Part shown: positions 18,714 through 27,044 of the stretch, one piece after another
Numbering within the stretch: the first letter of the stretch is position 1
Layout: each line of letters starts with the position of its first letter
Assembly (NCBI GenBank): GCA_002496425.1
Contig: DAJS01000002.1
Coordinates: forward strand, 16,836-56,142
Direction: 5' to 3'
Length of the DNA: 39,307 nucleotides
Source of the DNA: Acidilobaceae archaeon UBA162
GTDB lineage: Archaea; Thermoproteota; Thermoprotei_A; Sulfolobales; Acidilobaceae
Program-made: the position numbers and the translations under genes
The notes under the pieces: model-generated
Told to the model about the DNA's origin: nothing
The model's database searches: none
What the model saw: only the letters and a program-made list of their open reading frames with translations

Positions 18714-19592
18714 GTGAACAGGGTAGCGGTTATAGGCCTGGGCAGGATGGGGCGTGGCATTGCCAAGAGGCTCCTAGTCAAGGGATATGACGTGCTAGGC
18801 TATGACATAAACCCCAACGCCTACGCTGACCTTAAGGGGCTTCCTCGCTTCATGGCACTCAGGAGCCTCTCTGAGACGGTGGGTGAGGCCCAATACGCGC
18901 TCCTGCTCCTGCCCAACGGCGATGCGGTCATGGGTTCCCTCCCGTTCCTCAAGGACTTTGGAGGTACTGTGATAAATATGACAACGATAGGCCTTGATGA
19001 GGAACTCAAGGTGGAGAACATGGTGCAGGACCTTCACAGCTCCCTGCTAACAGCTATGATTGAGGGAGGGCCGGCCAATGCCGAAGCAGGCACCATGGTT
19101 TTCTATGTTGGTGGGCCTGAGAACTTGTACCGTTCATCAGAGCAGCTGCTCAAGGACCTGGGGGTACCAATCTACGTTGGAAGTCACCGTGCGGCCGTGG
19201 CCCTTAAGCTGATAAGCACGCTCATACTCATGGCCAACACCGTAGTCCTGGCTGAGGTCTCTCAGGCGCTCCGTTCCCTAGGGATCGAGCCTGACCTGCT
19301 GGTCAAGGCCCTAAGTATGGGCGGCGCTGACTCGGCCCAGCTAAGGGCTAGGCTTCCCATCATACTGTCAGGCGAGTACCGTGAGCTGTTCTCAATAGAG
19401 CTTGGAGATTATGTGGCCAGGAAGGCCATAGAGGCCCTGAAGGAACTTGGGAGCTCCTTCGTGCCAGTGCTGTCTGAGGTCGTGGAGAGCCTCTCGGCCG
19501 CTAGAATGCTTGGCCTGGGCAGAAAGGACATAGCAGAGGTGGCCGAGCTCTACAGAGCCCTAGCCCTGAGCCAGGAAGGGGTCAAGAGTTAA
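18714..19592 (+). CDS. NAD(P)-dependent beta-hydroxyacid dehydrogenase (3-hydroxyisobutyrate/6PGD family)
   Basis: VAVIGLGRMG, EGGPANAEAG, YVGG, catalytic ALKL. Confidence 0.85.
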   Translation: MNRVAVIGLGRMGRGIAKRLLVKGYDVLGYDINPNAYADLKGLPRFMALRSLSETVGEAQYALLLLPNGDAVMGSLPFLKDFGGTVINMTTIGLDEELKVENMVQDLHSSLLTAMIEGGPANAEAGTMVFYVGGPENLYRSSEQLLKDLGVPIYVGSHRAAVALKLISTLILMANTVVLAEVSQALRSLGIEPDLLVKALSMGGADSAQLRARLPIILSGEYRELFSIELGDYVARKAIEALKELGSSFVPVLSEVVESLSAARMLGLGRKDIAEVAELYRALALSQEGVKS

Positions 19593-19626
19593 ATTCCCGA
19601 GTAACATGCCCTGCAGGGGCTTCGCC

Positions 19627-20013
19627 TTGAAGGAGGCCCTCTATACTGAGAAAGCTCCAAGGCCCGTAGGGCCCTACAGCCAGGCAATAAGAGCTGGTGA
19701 CCTACTCTTTGTCTCAGGCCAGATACCTATAGATCCTACAACTGGCGCGCTTGTTAGTGATGATCTAGAGCAGCAGGTTAGGAGAGTGATGGATAACATA
19801 AAGGCGATACTAGAGGCTGATGGGTTAAGCCTTGACGATGTGGTCAAGGTCACGGCCTATCTCACTGACCCCAATAGGTTCCAGGACTTTAACCGCGTCT
19901 ACTCTGAGTACTTTAAAGGACCATACCCTGCCAGAACCACAGTATTTGTGACGCGGCTGCCTGCCGGCGCACAGGTAGAAATAGAGGTCATAGCGCTAAG
20001 GCATAGAGCCTAA
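19627..20013 (+). CDS. ridA: RidA/YjgF family enamine/imine deaminase
   Basis: APRPVGPYSQA, VSGQIP, YPART, VEIE; TTG 19627 follows an AGGGG RBS (alternative ATG 19606). Confidence 0.92.
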   Translation: MKEALYTEKAPRPVGPYSQAIRAGDLLFVSGQIPIDPTTGALVSDDLEQQVRRVMDNIKAILEADGLSLDDVVKVTAYLTDPNRFQDFNRVYSEYFKGPYPARTTVFVTRLPAGAQVEIEVIALRHRA

Positions 20014-20023
20014 GCCTCTGCTG

Positions 20024-20752
20024 TCAAGTACCAAGGCTCCGACACCTGACGCAGACCTTAGCTATTATATCCCTTGACCCTCTCAGTCCATCAGAGAACT
20101 CGAGCTTAGAGGCAAACCTGACGACCTTTGGCCTCTTGCCAATCCTCCTGTAGATCTCTTCCACTAGCTCCTCCTCGTTCACGTTCTGATCAGGCCCTAG
20201 CACTATCACGTCTGGCTTGACCTCCTCTATGGGCTTTAGGTAGTCCTTCTCGTCTCCAAGCATCGCTCTGTAGACATACCTTATTGCTGATACCATTTTC
20301 AGTCTTGAGTTCTCGTCAAGGACTGGCTCCCTGCCCTTGTCCTTCACTACGTTTACGTCCCTGGCCACTACCACGAACAGCCTTCCAAAGCTTGCGGCAT
20401 ACTTTATGAGCTCCACGTGGCCTGGATGTAATATGTCAAAGGTGCCAGCGATAAAGACCTTCGACTGCTCAGTATTTTGAGTCCGCTCCACTTTGGGCAG
20501 AAGCCCCATCATGCCTAGCGCATCAAGCAGGCCCTCAGCATAGGCTACAGCCACCAGAGAGCTGGCCACATCACCCCTCTCAAGGTAGTACCTGGCGTCT
20601 GACAGGTAGGCCTTCACATTATCTATGACCGGCTCTATTGACGGATTTGATAGTGCTCCTGACGACTCTAGCCTGTTCAGAACCCCAGAGAGCGCCTCAA
20701 TGTAGCGCCTAGCCCTCTCCTCTGCATCCTGGAAGAGCATAGGCCTTCCCAA
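20024..20752 (-). CDS. DUF357 domain fused to cytidylyltransferase-family (FAD synthetase RibL-like) domain
   Basis: N-terminal YLSDARYYLERGD..YAEGLLDA; C-terminal GTFDILHPGH, VVVARD, PDVIVLGPDQ. Confidence 0.85.
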   Translation of the reverse strand: MGRPMLFQDAEERARRYIEALSGVLNRLESSGALSNPSIEPVIDNVKAYLSDARYYLERGDVASSLVAVAYAEGLLDALGMMGLLPKVERTQNTEQSKVFIAGTFDILHPGHVELIKYAASFGRLFVVVARDVNVVKDKGREPVLDENSRLKMVSAIRYVYRAMLGDEKDYLKPIEEVKPDVIVLGPDQNVNEEELVEEIYRRIGKRPKVVRFASKLEFSDGLRGSRDIIAKVCVRCRSLGT

Positions 20753-20793
20753 GCGCCACCTTCTGCGCGCCTAGAGACCTAGGATTATTAGGT

Positions 20794-21297
20794 TCAGGCC
20801 GCGCCCTCCTGCTCAGCTGGCTTTACCTGATCTATTGGTATAGTGACAAGTAGGGGTGACTGACTGTCAAGCAGGTTCAGATCAACCTCGCCCTTCCTGA
20901 CCTCAATTACCTTACCTCTCATGCCCTTGAATGGCCCTGCTATCACTATCACCTCATGTCCTTTCGCTATGTTCTCGGCGGCCACAGGCGGTTTGATAAG
21001 CTTGAGTACATCATCAATGGTGACCTGTAAGGGCCTCTTCCTCTTTATGTTCCTTACGCCTCTTATCAAGTGATACAGGTCATTAACATTACCAACCTCA
21101 ACGAAGACAACTCCCTTAAGGTCCTTGCTGGCCACTACACTCCTCACGTCAAGCTTGAGCGTCTTGGCGCGTTCCCCAAGGACGAGGGCTATCTTCTCCT
21201 CATAGCCTCCTACAACGTAAATCACGTAGAACCTGCTGGGCTTCTGACCCTCCTGGCTACTCCCTTCGCCCTGCGCTGAAGACAAAACCCTTGTCAC
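20794..21297 (-). CDS. spt5: Transcription elongation factor Spt5 (NusG)
   Basis: NGN domain (GGYEE, KGVVFVE) plus KOW motif IAGPFKGMRGKV; coupled to secE. Confidence 0.92.
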   Translation of the reverse strand: MTRVLSSAQGEGSSQEGQKPSRFYVIYVVGGYEEKIALVLGERAKTLKLDVRSVVASKDLKGVVFVEVGNVNDLYHLIRGVRNIKRKRPLQVTIDDVLKLIKPPVAAENIAKGHEVIVIAGPFKGMRGKVIEVRKGEVDLNLLDSQSPLLVTIPIDQVKPAEQEGAA

Positions 21298-21473
21298 CCC
21301 ACGAGCAGCACATATATCAGGTGAATTACGTAGGCTAGTGCGCCCACAACCAGGAACCCAATCAGTGTGAGCCTCGTCAACAATGCAAACTCATCGTCGT
21401 CAGGGCGCCTGGACAGCAGCAGTATCCTTTTCCATGAACCTATATGGCTCTTTAGTCTATCCTTGAGGCTCAT
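21294..21473 (-). CDS. secE: Protein translocase subunit SecE/Sec61-gamma (59 aa, absent from ORF track)
   Basis: Manual translation MSLKDRLKSHIGSWKRILLLSRRPDDDEFALLTRLTLIGFLVVGALAYVIHLIYVLLVG; RxPxxxEF motif plus one TM; GTGA overlap with spt5. Confidence 0.93.
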   Translation of the reverse strand: MSLKDRLKSHIGSWKRILLLSRRPDDDEFALLTRLTLIGFLVVGALAYVIHLIYVLLVG

Positions 21474-21513
21474 CGCTCTCCCTGTCCCCTAGCGCGCCAG
21501 AACTTAAAAACCG

Positions 21514-22212
21514 CTAGATAGCCCTAGCAAGGTCTGCGGGGTCCACGTCTACTTCTCTGAGGGTCTGCTCATACTCGGCCGCCAGGTCCCTCCTACGAAC
21601 CCTACCCTTTGGAGTCTCCTCAGTCCATGTTGCTGTCCTGAACCTGTAAACCTTAACCCTCTCGTCAAGCCAACAGTCAGGCCACAGACCAGCCTTTATG
21701 CAGGTCTCTGACAGAAACGTCTCCGCGTCCCACAAGTTCTCTACTGGAACCTCAGGCAGCAGGAGCCCCCTGTAGAAGCCTCTCTCCACCACCAGGCCGT
21801 CCCTGCCTATCTTAACGAATGACAGCCTCCCCCTCCTGTCCTTAGGCGCCTCCTCGAGCGCTGAGAGTACTGAGACCTCAAAGATGACGCTGTCCAGCTC
21901 CGACCTGTCCATAGGGACGAACCTAGGATCATTGACTGCAGCCTCAACGGCGACCTCTATGACAGATCTCACCAGAGGCCTCACGGGCTCAATGAAGCCA
22001 ATGCAACCCCTAAGGCTCTTCCTGCCGCTCTCGTAGGTCTCTATGGTGACAAAGGCAGCGCCGGGCCTGTAGACAACCGAGGGCAGGCCCTCAGGCGTCA
22101 ACATTATGGAACCCTTAGTGAGGTAGTGCTCAACGCTCTGCCTGGCTATTTTAACGAGAAGCTCACCAACATCATCACTTAGCTCAGCGGGGTCTACTGG
22201 GCGCTGCTCCAA
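21514..22212 (-). CDS. AMMECR1-domain protein
   Basis: AFVTI, LRGCIG, DPRF, EVSVLS, GLLLPEV, CIKAGL. Confidence 0.93.
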   Translation of the reverse strand: MEQRPVDPAELSDDVGELLVKIARQSVEHYLTKGSIMLTPEGLPSVVYRPGAAFVTIETYESGRKSLRGCIGFIEPVRPLVRSVIEVAVEAAVNDPRFVPMDRSELDSVIFEVSVLSALEEAPKDRRGRLSFVKIGRDGLVVERGFYRGLLLPEVPVENLWDAETFLSETCIKAGLWPDCWLDERVKVYRFRTATWTEETPKGRVRRRDLAAEYEQTLREVDVDPADLARAI

Positions 22213-22363
22213 GGCCGCTGTCCTCTAGCTGAAAGAGGCTAGAAAGGTTAAGAGCTCTAGCCAACATTATATGATATGATCAGAGGTAAGCAAAAAAACT
22301 CTAAGTAAGACTAGCCTCACGTAAGGAACTAACGCCAAATTAAGAGCGTGACGGTGAAAGGAC

Positions 22364-22633
22364 ATGCCGAGTGACGGTAATGAGATAGAGGTGCTCTGCC
22401 CTAAGTGTAAGGTTCCTATGAATTTTTACTCAAGGACTGAGAGGTCTACCAAGTCAGGCTCCGTAGAGACAAAAATAGTGAGGTACTACAGGTGCCCCGT
22501 GTGCGGTCGCGTAATAGTTGACGAGGAGCTAACAATAAGGATCGGTCCTGATGGAGCCTCGATAGTCAACAAGCATAACGGCCTCTCTAAGTCAGCAATA
22601 ATTGTGGTGAAGCCTGTGTCTAGGGTCGGCTGA
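22364..22633 (+). CDS. Small zinc-ribbon protein
   Basis: CPKC...YYRCPVCG; GGTGA RBS upstream. Confidence 0.75.
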   Translation: MPSDGNEIEVLCPKCKVPMNFYSRTERSTKSGSVETKIVRYYRCPVCGRVIVDEELTIRIGPDGASIVNKHNGLSKSAIIVVKPVSRVG

Positions 22634-23393
22634 GCTGAAGCAGCGAAATGCCTGTTTTGTAGGCCAGGGGGCCGCAGTTCACAGGGGCCCCCATGGGTAT
22701 CAGGCCCCTCTTAGCCTGGTCTCTGATGACCTTAGTTAGCACGTCTGCCAAAGCTGTAGGAGCGGGAAGCGCCAGGCCAGGCTTCATGAGCCCCTGCATG
22801 AGTCTCCATGCGTCTGGCAACGTTATCATGTTCCCAAGGCTCACGTAAAGCCTTCTTCCCTGGGAGTTAACTGCGATGAACCCAACCGCCTGGCCCTCAA
22901 CGAATATGCAGGTCCCAAGTTCGCATTGACCGAGCTTACCGTAGAGCAGACCCTTAGCGACCCCTATCGAAGGCCTTGAAAAGACCACGCCTATGTGGGA
23001 GGCTAGCCCGAAGCCCCTTGGATGGGCGAGACCATGGCCGTCAGCAATTATCACCACCGAACCTGATAGTGAGCCCAGGAGTGTCATAAGGGGCCACGAG
23101 ATCAGCTCCATCTCCCTGAAGGCAAGGTAGCCCGGCACGTAAGGTACAAGGACTCTGACTGCTAGGGCCCAGCAAGCCTCAGGCTCAAGGCTAGGGTACC
23201 CTAGGGAGACTGAGACCCCAACACCGTATGACGTGCTCCCTGCGCGCCAGTAAGAAGCATCCACGCCCACTATGTGCCTGGGCACGGCCTTCAGTGGCCT
23301 TAAGGAGATTAGGCGCCTGAGGCGCTCCTGCGCAAGCCTAGCCCTTGAGAAGTCAAAGAGGTCTGTGCGGCCCTCGCGAGGGTCAGGCCTCAA
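22620..23393 (-). CDS. nfi: Endonuclease V
   Basis: GVDASY, PYVPGYLAFRE, DGHGLAHPRGFGLASHIG, SIGVAK. Confidence 0.93.
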   Translation of the reverse strand: MRPDPREGRTDLFDFSRARLAQERLRRLISLRPLKAVPRHIVGVDASYWRAGSTSYGVGVSVSLGYPSLEPEACWALAVRVLVPYVPGYLAFREMELISWPLMTLLGSLSGSVVIIADGHGLAHPRGFGLASHIGVVFSRPSIGVAKGLLYGKLGQCELGTCIFVEGQAVGFIAVNSQGRRLYVSLGNMITLPDAWRLMQGLMKPGLALPAPTALADVLTKVIRDQAKRGLIPMGAPVNCGPLAYKTGISLLQLSRP

Positions 23394-24000
23394 CTACCCT
23401 CAGCCTTATGCTCCTCTCAGACACCTTGCCGTCGACACCTATCTTAAGCACATCAATGCCGTCACCGGTTGACGCGTCCCTCTCCATAGTTACCCTAAGC
23501 GAGTTCACGGCTAGCTGCTCAGCATCATCAAGACTAATGTCGTCACGGTATTGGCTTTCCATAAGTCCAAGGGCTGTCGTGGCGCCGCTACCAACCGCCA
23601 TGTACTTGTCCTCCGAGATGGAGCCCAATGAGTCCAGCGTGTAGAGCCTTGGGGACCCATCCCTATCTATGCCGCCCACCACTACCTCTATCATGAACGG
23701 CAGGAGCTTGTAGGAGTAAAGTATGCCTGAGAGCAACTTGGCCACTGAGTAAAGGCTCATGGGCTTTTCGTTGCTTAGCTCGTAGTAGCGGGTCTCGGCG
23801 CTCAGCATCCTGACTATCGCGCCCACGTCAGCGTAGAGCCCACTCATAGCACCGCCAACCCTGTTGTTTATAACGAACAGCTTCTTGGCGTTCCTGCTCA
23901 TCACGAAGGAGCCGTAGGCCATCCTCTTGTCTGTAGCCAAGACCACACCATCCTTAGCCCTAATGCCAACGGCTGTTCCCTGCAACAGCTCCTCAGCCAA
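23383..24000 (-). CDS. psmB: 20S proteasome beta subunit (probably non-catalytic paralog)
   Basis: TAVGIRAKDGVVLATDKR, SGLYAD, LDSLGS, VGSG, RDASTGDGID; start TTG 24000 because the ORF-track extension covers the promoter. Confidence 0.93.
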   Translation of the reverse strand: MAEELLQGTAVGIRAKDGVVLATDKRMAYGSFVMSRNAKKLFVINNRVGGAMSGLYADVGAIVRMLSAETRYYELSNEKPMSLYSVAKLLSGILYSYKLLPFMIEVVVGGIDRDGSPRLYTLDSLGSISEDKYMAVGSGATTALGLMESQYRDDISLDDAEQLAVNSLRVTMERDASTGDGIDVLKIGVDGKVSERSIRLRVVEA

Positions 24001-24030
24001 CTTGACTCCCAGCCCTACCAATCCCAGCGT

Positions 24031-24065
24031 CTTTAAAAAGGTTCGTAAGTCGAAGACGTAATACT
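24031..24065. promoter_or_regulatory. Divergent psmB/cdvB promoter with TATA-like CTTTAAAAAG and aCcr1-box-like cGTAATACT
   Basis: TATA-like run 24031-40; near-palindrome 24057-65 reads AGTATTAC on the minus strand. Confidence 0.45.
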
Positions 24066-24123
24066 TGGGCTCTCGCGCTAACACCCAGCAGCCGTTAAGC
24101 TATGCCACTGGAGGTCAAACGGA

Positions 24124-24942
24124 ATGCCTGGAGTCGCCGACATCTTCAGGAGGGTTATCGGCCGGATATCAGGCTACAGCAATGAGGACTCGTATGCTGA
24201 CGCCGCTTCGGGTGTGCAGGGGGATGGTATAAGCTATGATGATGTCTTAGCCCAGCTTCACATGGTCAAGGAGGAGATAGATAGGGCCAAGATAAGGCTC
24301 CAGGAGGAGATAATCAACTATCATGAGAGGCTCAAGAGCTCCCTCAAAAACAATGACCACGAATCCGTAATAATTAGCGCCTCCGAGCTCGCCCTTAAGA
24401 AGAAGGTCTACAAGGCTGTAGCTACCTACAGCAGCCTGCTGTCCCTGGCAATAGAGAGGATTAGGGACACCAGAAACCTTGAGACCATAGCCAAGACCAT
24501 AGCCTCTGTGAGCTATGCCATGCAGCACATGAGTGAGTACCTCGGCACGATAACCCCGGAGGTCTCGGCCTCGCTGCTGGCAGCCGCTGAGCACACAGAG
24601 AGCGTGATAAGGAAGGCAGGCCTGCTCGGCAGCATAGTCTCCGACGTCAAGAGCGTCTCCATGCTAGACCAGGAGGCCAGGCAGCTCATAGCTGAGGCGG
24701 CGAAGGAGGCTGCTGAGGAGACGGAGAGGGTGACTCCAGCTGTGCCTGAGAGCTTTGACCCAACAGCCCTCGAAACCAGGCTTATAGAATACATAAGGGC
24801 TAGCGGCGGTGTCGTGAAGATCTCCAAGGCTGCTGAGTCGCTGGGAGTGCCACCTGGGGTCATCAGGGAGCTGTTGGCAAGACTTGAGGCTAAGGGGTTC
24901 ATAAAGGTCGAACGCGTAGGAACCTATGTGCAGGGCGCCTGA
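24124..24942 (+). CDS. cdvB: ESCRT-III (Snf7) cell division protein CdvB with C-terminal winged helix
   Basis: Helical Snf7-like core, EARQLIAEA, Pro-rich MIM2-like RVTPAVP, wH LIEYIRASGG..LEAKGFI; directly upstream of Vps4. Confidence 0.85.
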   Translation: MPGVADIFRRVIGRISGYSNEDSYADAASGVQGDGISYDDVLAQLHMVKEEIDRAKIRLQEEIINYHERLKSSLKNNDHESVIISASELALKKKVYKAVATYSSLLSLAIERIRDTRNLETIAKTIASVSYAMQHMSEYLGTITPEVSASLLAAAEHTESVIRKAGLLGSIVSDVKSVSMLDQEARQLIAEAAKEAAEETERVTPAVPESFDPTALETRLIEYIRASGGVVKISKAAESLGVPPGVIRELLARLEAKGFIKVERVGTYVQGA

Positions 24943-24983
24943 CCCTCTATAATTCTTTTAGTAAAGGCAATGTATGGCAAGCG

Positions 24984-26150
24984 GTGATGCTAATGACCGG
25001 CAGCCCAGTGCAGATGCTGGAGTCACTAGCACGGAAGAAGATAGAGGAGGCTCTGTGGTCCGAGAAGAACAAGGACTATCATACTGCCGCAGAGAAGTAC
25101 AGGAGAGCCGCTGAGGTCCTAGAGGAGATAGTCAGGAACTATCCTGATCACCCACTTGTAGGGGTCTATAGGAAGATGCTTTCAGAGGTCTACAGCAGGA
25201 TAAGGTATCTTGAGGCCAAGGCGGCACAGCCCCTCAGCGAGGGCGATGACCTTGTGAAAGTTGAGATAAAAGGGGATGAAAGGTCTGACAGCACTGAGCC
25301 ACCAGAATTTGTGCTCAGGGAGAAGCCTAAGGTCACATTCAACGATATAGCTGGCCTCGAGGCTGCCAAACAGGCGATAAGGGAGGCCATAATATATCCA
25401 GTTACAAGACCAGAGCTCTTCCCTCTTGGGTGGCCCAGGGGGATCCTCCTCTACGGACCTCCTGGCACCGGGAAGACCATGCTAGCCGCCGCAGTGGCTA
25501 ACGAGGTGGCTGGCGAGTTCCTCTACGTGGATGCTGCTAGCATAATGAGCAAGTGGCTTGGCGAGGGCGAGAAGAACGTCAAGAGGCTCTTCGACTACGC
25601 TAGATCAAGAGCCAGGTCCGGGGTGCCAGCCATAATATTCATTGACGAGGTTGACGCGCTCTTTGGTGTTCACTCTAACGAGGTGGGGGGAGAGGTCAGG
25701 GTGAGGAACCAGTTCCTGAAGGAGATGGATGGGCTTCAGGATAAGGGGGAGAGACTCCATGTCTACGTAATAGCTGCCACTAACAAACCATGGGCCCTTG
25801 ACGAGCCATTCATAAGGAGGTTCCAGAAGAGGATCTACGTCCCTCTGCCTGACTTTAACGCCAGGAAGCAGCTGCTTGAGATGATGCTCTCTAAGCTTCC
25901 AACCCCCGTCAAGGTCGATATAGACGTGCTTGCCAACAAGCTAGATGGCTACTCAGGGAGCGACATAAGGGACCTTGTTCAGGACGCCTATATGAGGATA
26001 GTGAGGGAGTACTTCGAGCAGGGCTCTAAGGCCCTCAGACCACTGACAGCAGAGGACTTCGAGGAGGTCATTAACTCCAGGAGGCCAAGTGTAGACGCCA
26101 AGATGCTGAGAGCTTATGAGGAGTGGAGTGAGCGGTTCAAGGCGCTTTAA
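24984..26150 (+). CDS. cdvC: Vps4-like AAA+ ATPase CdvC (MIT domain)
   Basis: N-terminal MIT-like helices (YPD), FPLGWPRGILLYGPPGTGKT, SKWLGEGEK, IFIDEVD, ATNKPW, RRFQKR; start may be ATG 24987 or 24993. Confidence 0.93.
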   Translation: MMLMTGSPVQMLESLARKKIEEALWSEKNKDYHTAAEKYRRAAEVLEEIVRNYPDHPLVGVYRKMLSEVYSRIRYLEAKAAQPLSEGDDLVKVEIKGDERSDSTEPPEFVLREKPKVTFNDIAGLEAAKQAIREAIIYPVTRPELFPLGWPRGILLYGPPGTGKTMLAAAVANEVAGEFLYVDAASIMSKWLGEGEKNVKRLFDYARSRARSGVPAIIFIDEVDALFGVHSNEVGGEVRVRNQFLKEMDGLQDKGERLHVYVIAATNKPWALDEPFIRRFQKRIYVPLPDFNARKQLLEMMLSKLPTPVKVDIDVLANKLDGYSGSDIRDLVQDAYMRIVREYFEQGSKALRPLTAEDFEEVINSRRPSVDAKMLRAYEEWSERFKAL

Positions 26151-27031
26151 GTACTTACCCTGGTAGGCTTCCTAGCCACGATCCCCATCACTTTGGGCAC
26201 ATACCTCACATCCTCAAAGCCTGCTTCCTTAAGCCTTGAAGCAACTCTTGATGGGAAGCTGGCTCCCTTGGCCCTCCCGGGCTCACCAGTATAATGAAAT
26301 AGCCTGCCACCAGGCCTCAAGACCCTATAGAGCTCCTGGTAGAAGCTAGTGCTGTAGAGGGGACCACTTGATGCCGTCAGCCTGGGAGGGTCGTGAAGGA
26401 TGATGTCAAAGCGCTCATCCGCCAGCTGACCTACTATCTCGGCCGCGTCGCCATGAATCAAGCGCACCTTCTCAGAGCTAAGTCCGCGGCTCCAGGGGTT
26501 CCTCTCCGCCAGCCAGAGCACGTTCTCATCAACCTCTATAGTGATTATCAGCGAGGCCCCACTCTCGAGCGAGCTAATTGTTGTATAGCCGAGCCCTGTG
26601 CCTATCTCCAACACCCTTTGACCCCTCATGACCCCAAGGGCCCTTACCTTGGCCCTGGCATCCTCAAGCGGCGTGACGCCCTTGACCCTGTGCATGTGGA
26701 TACCATTTATCTCAAGGGTCGGTGCCGAGCCCTCAACAGGAACCAACTTGTAGTAATTGTTGGACCTTACCTCGGCCTCATAATAGGCGCCGCCAGGCTC
26801 CACCAGTAGCACCGACCTCCTCGAGCTGTGCTCCTCAAGGACTTCAGCCGCGACATTGTATGCGACACCCTCAAGGCTGATCACGAAGTCAGAGATGGTC
26901 TTAACGCACTTGGCCCTGAACAGGCCCAGGCCTACCGTTACCTCCCCGTCAACACAGCTGAGCAGCTGGAGCGACTCCTGGGGCGAGAGCGCAAGAACCG
27001 GAGCCTGCCTGTACTCGAAGATCTCAATCAA
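26147..27031 (-). CDS. Archaeal SAM-dependent methyltransferase (COG2521-like)
   Basis: PTLEINGIHMH, VLEIGTGLGYT, NPWS, HDPPR, LFHYTGEPG. Confidence 0.85.
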   Translation of the reverse strand: MIEIFEYRQAPVLALSPQESLQLLSCVDGEVTVGLGLFRAKCVKTISDFVISLEGVAYNVAAEVLEEHSSRRSVLLVEPGGAYYEAEVRSNNYYKLVPVEGSAPTLEINGIHMHRVKGVTPLEDARAKVRALGVMRGQRVLEIGTGLGYTTISSLESGASLIITIEVDENVLWLAERNPWSRGLSSEKVRLIHGDAAEIVGQLADERFDIILHDPPRLTASSGPLYSTSFYQELYRVLRPGGRLFHYTGEPGRAKGASFPSRVASRLKEAGFEDVRYVPKVMGIVARKPTRVST

Positions 27032-27044
27032 CGGGAGCCCTCGT

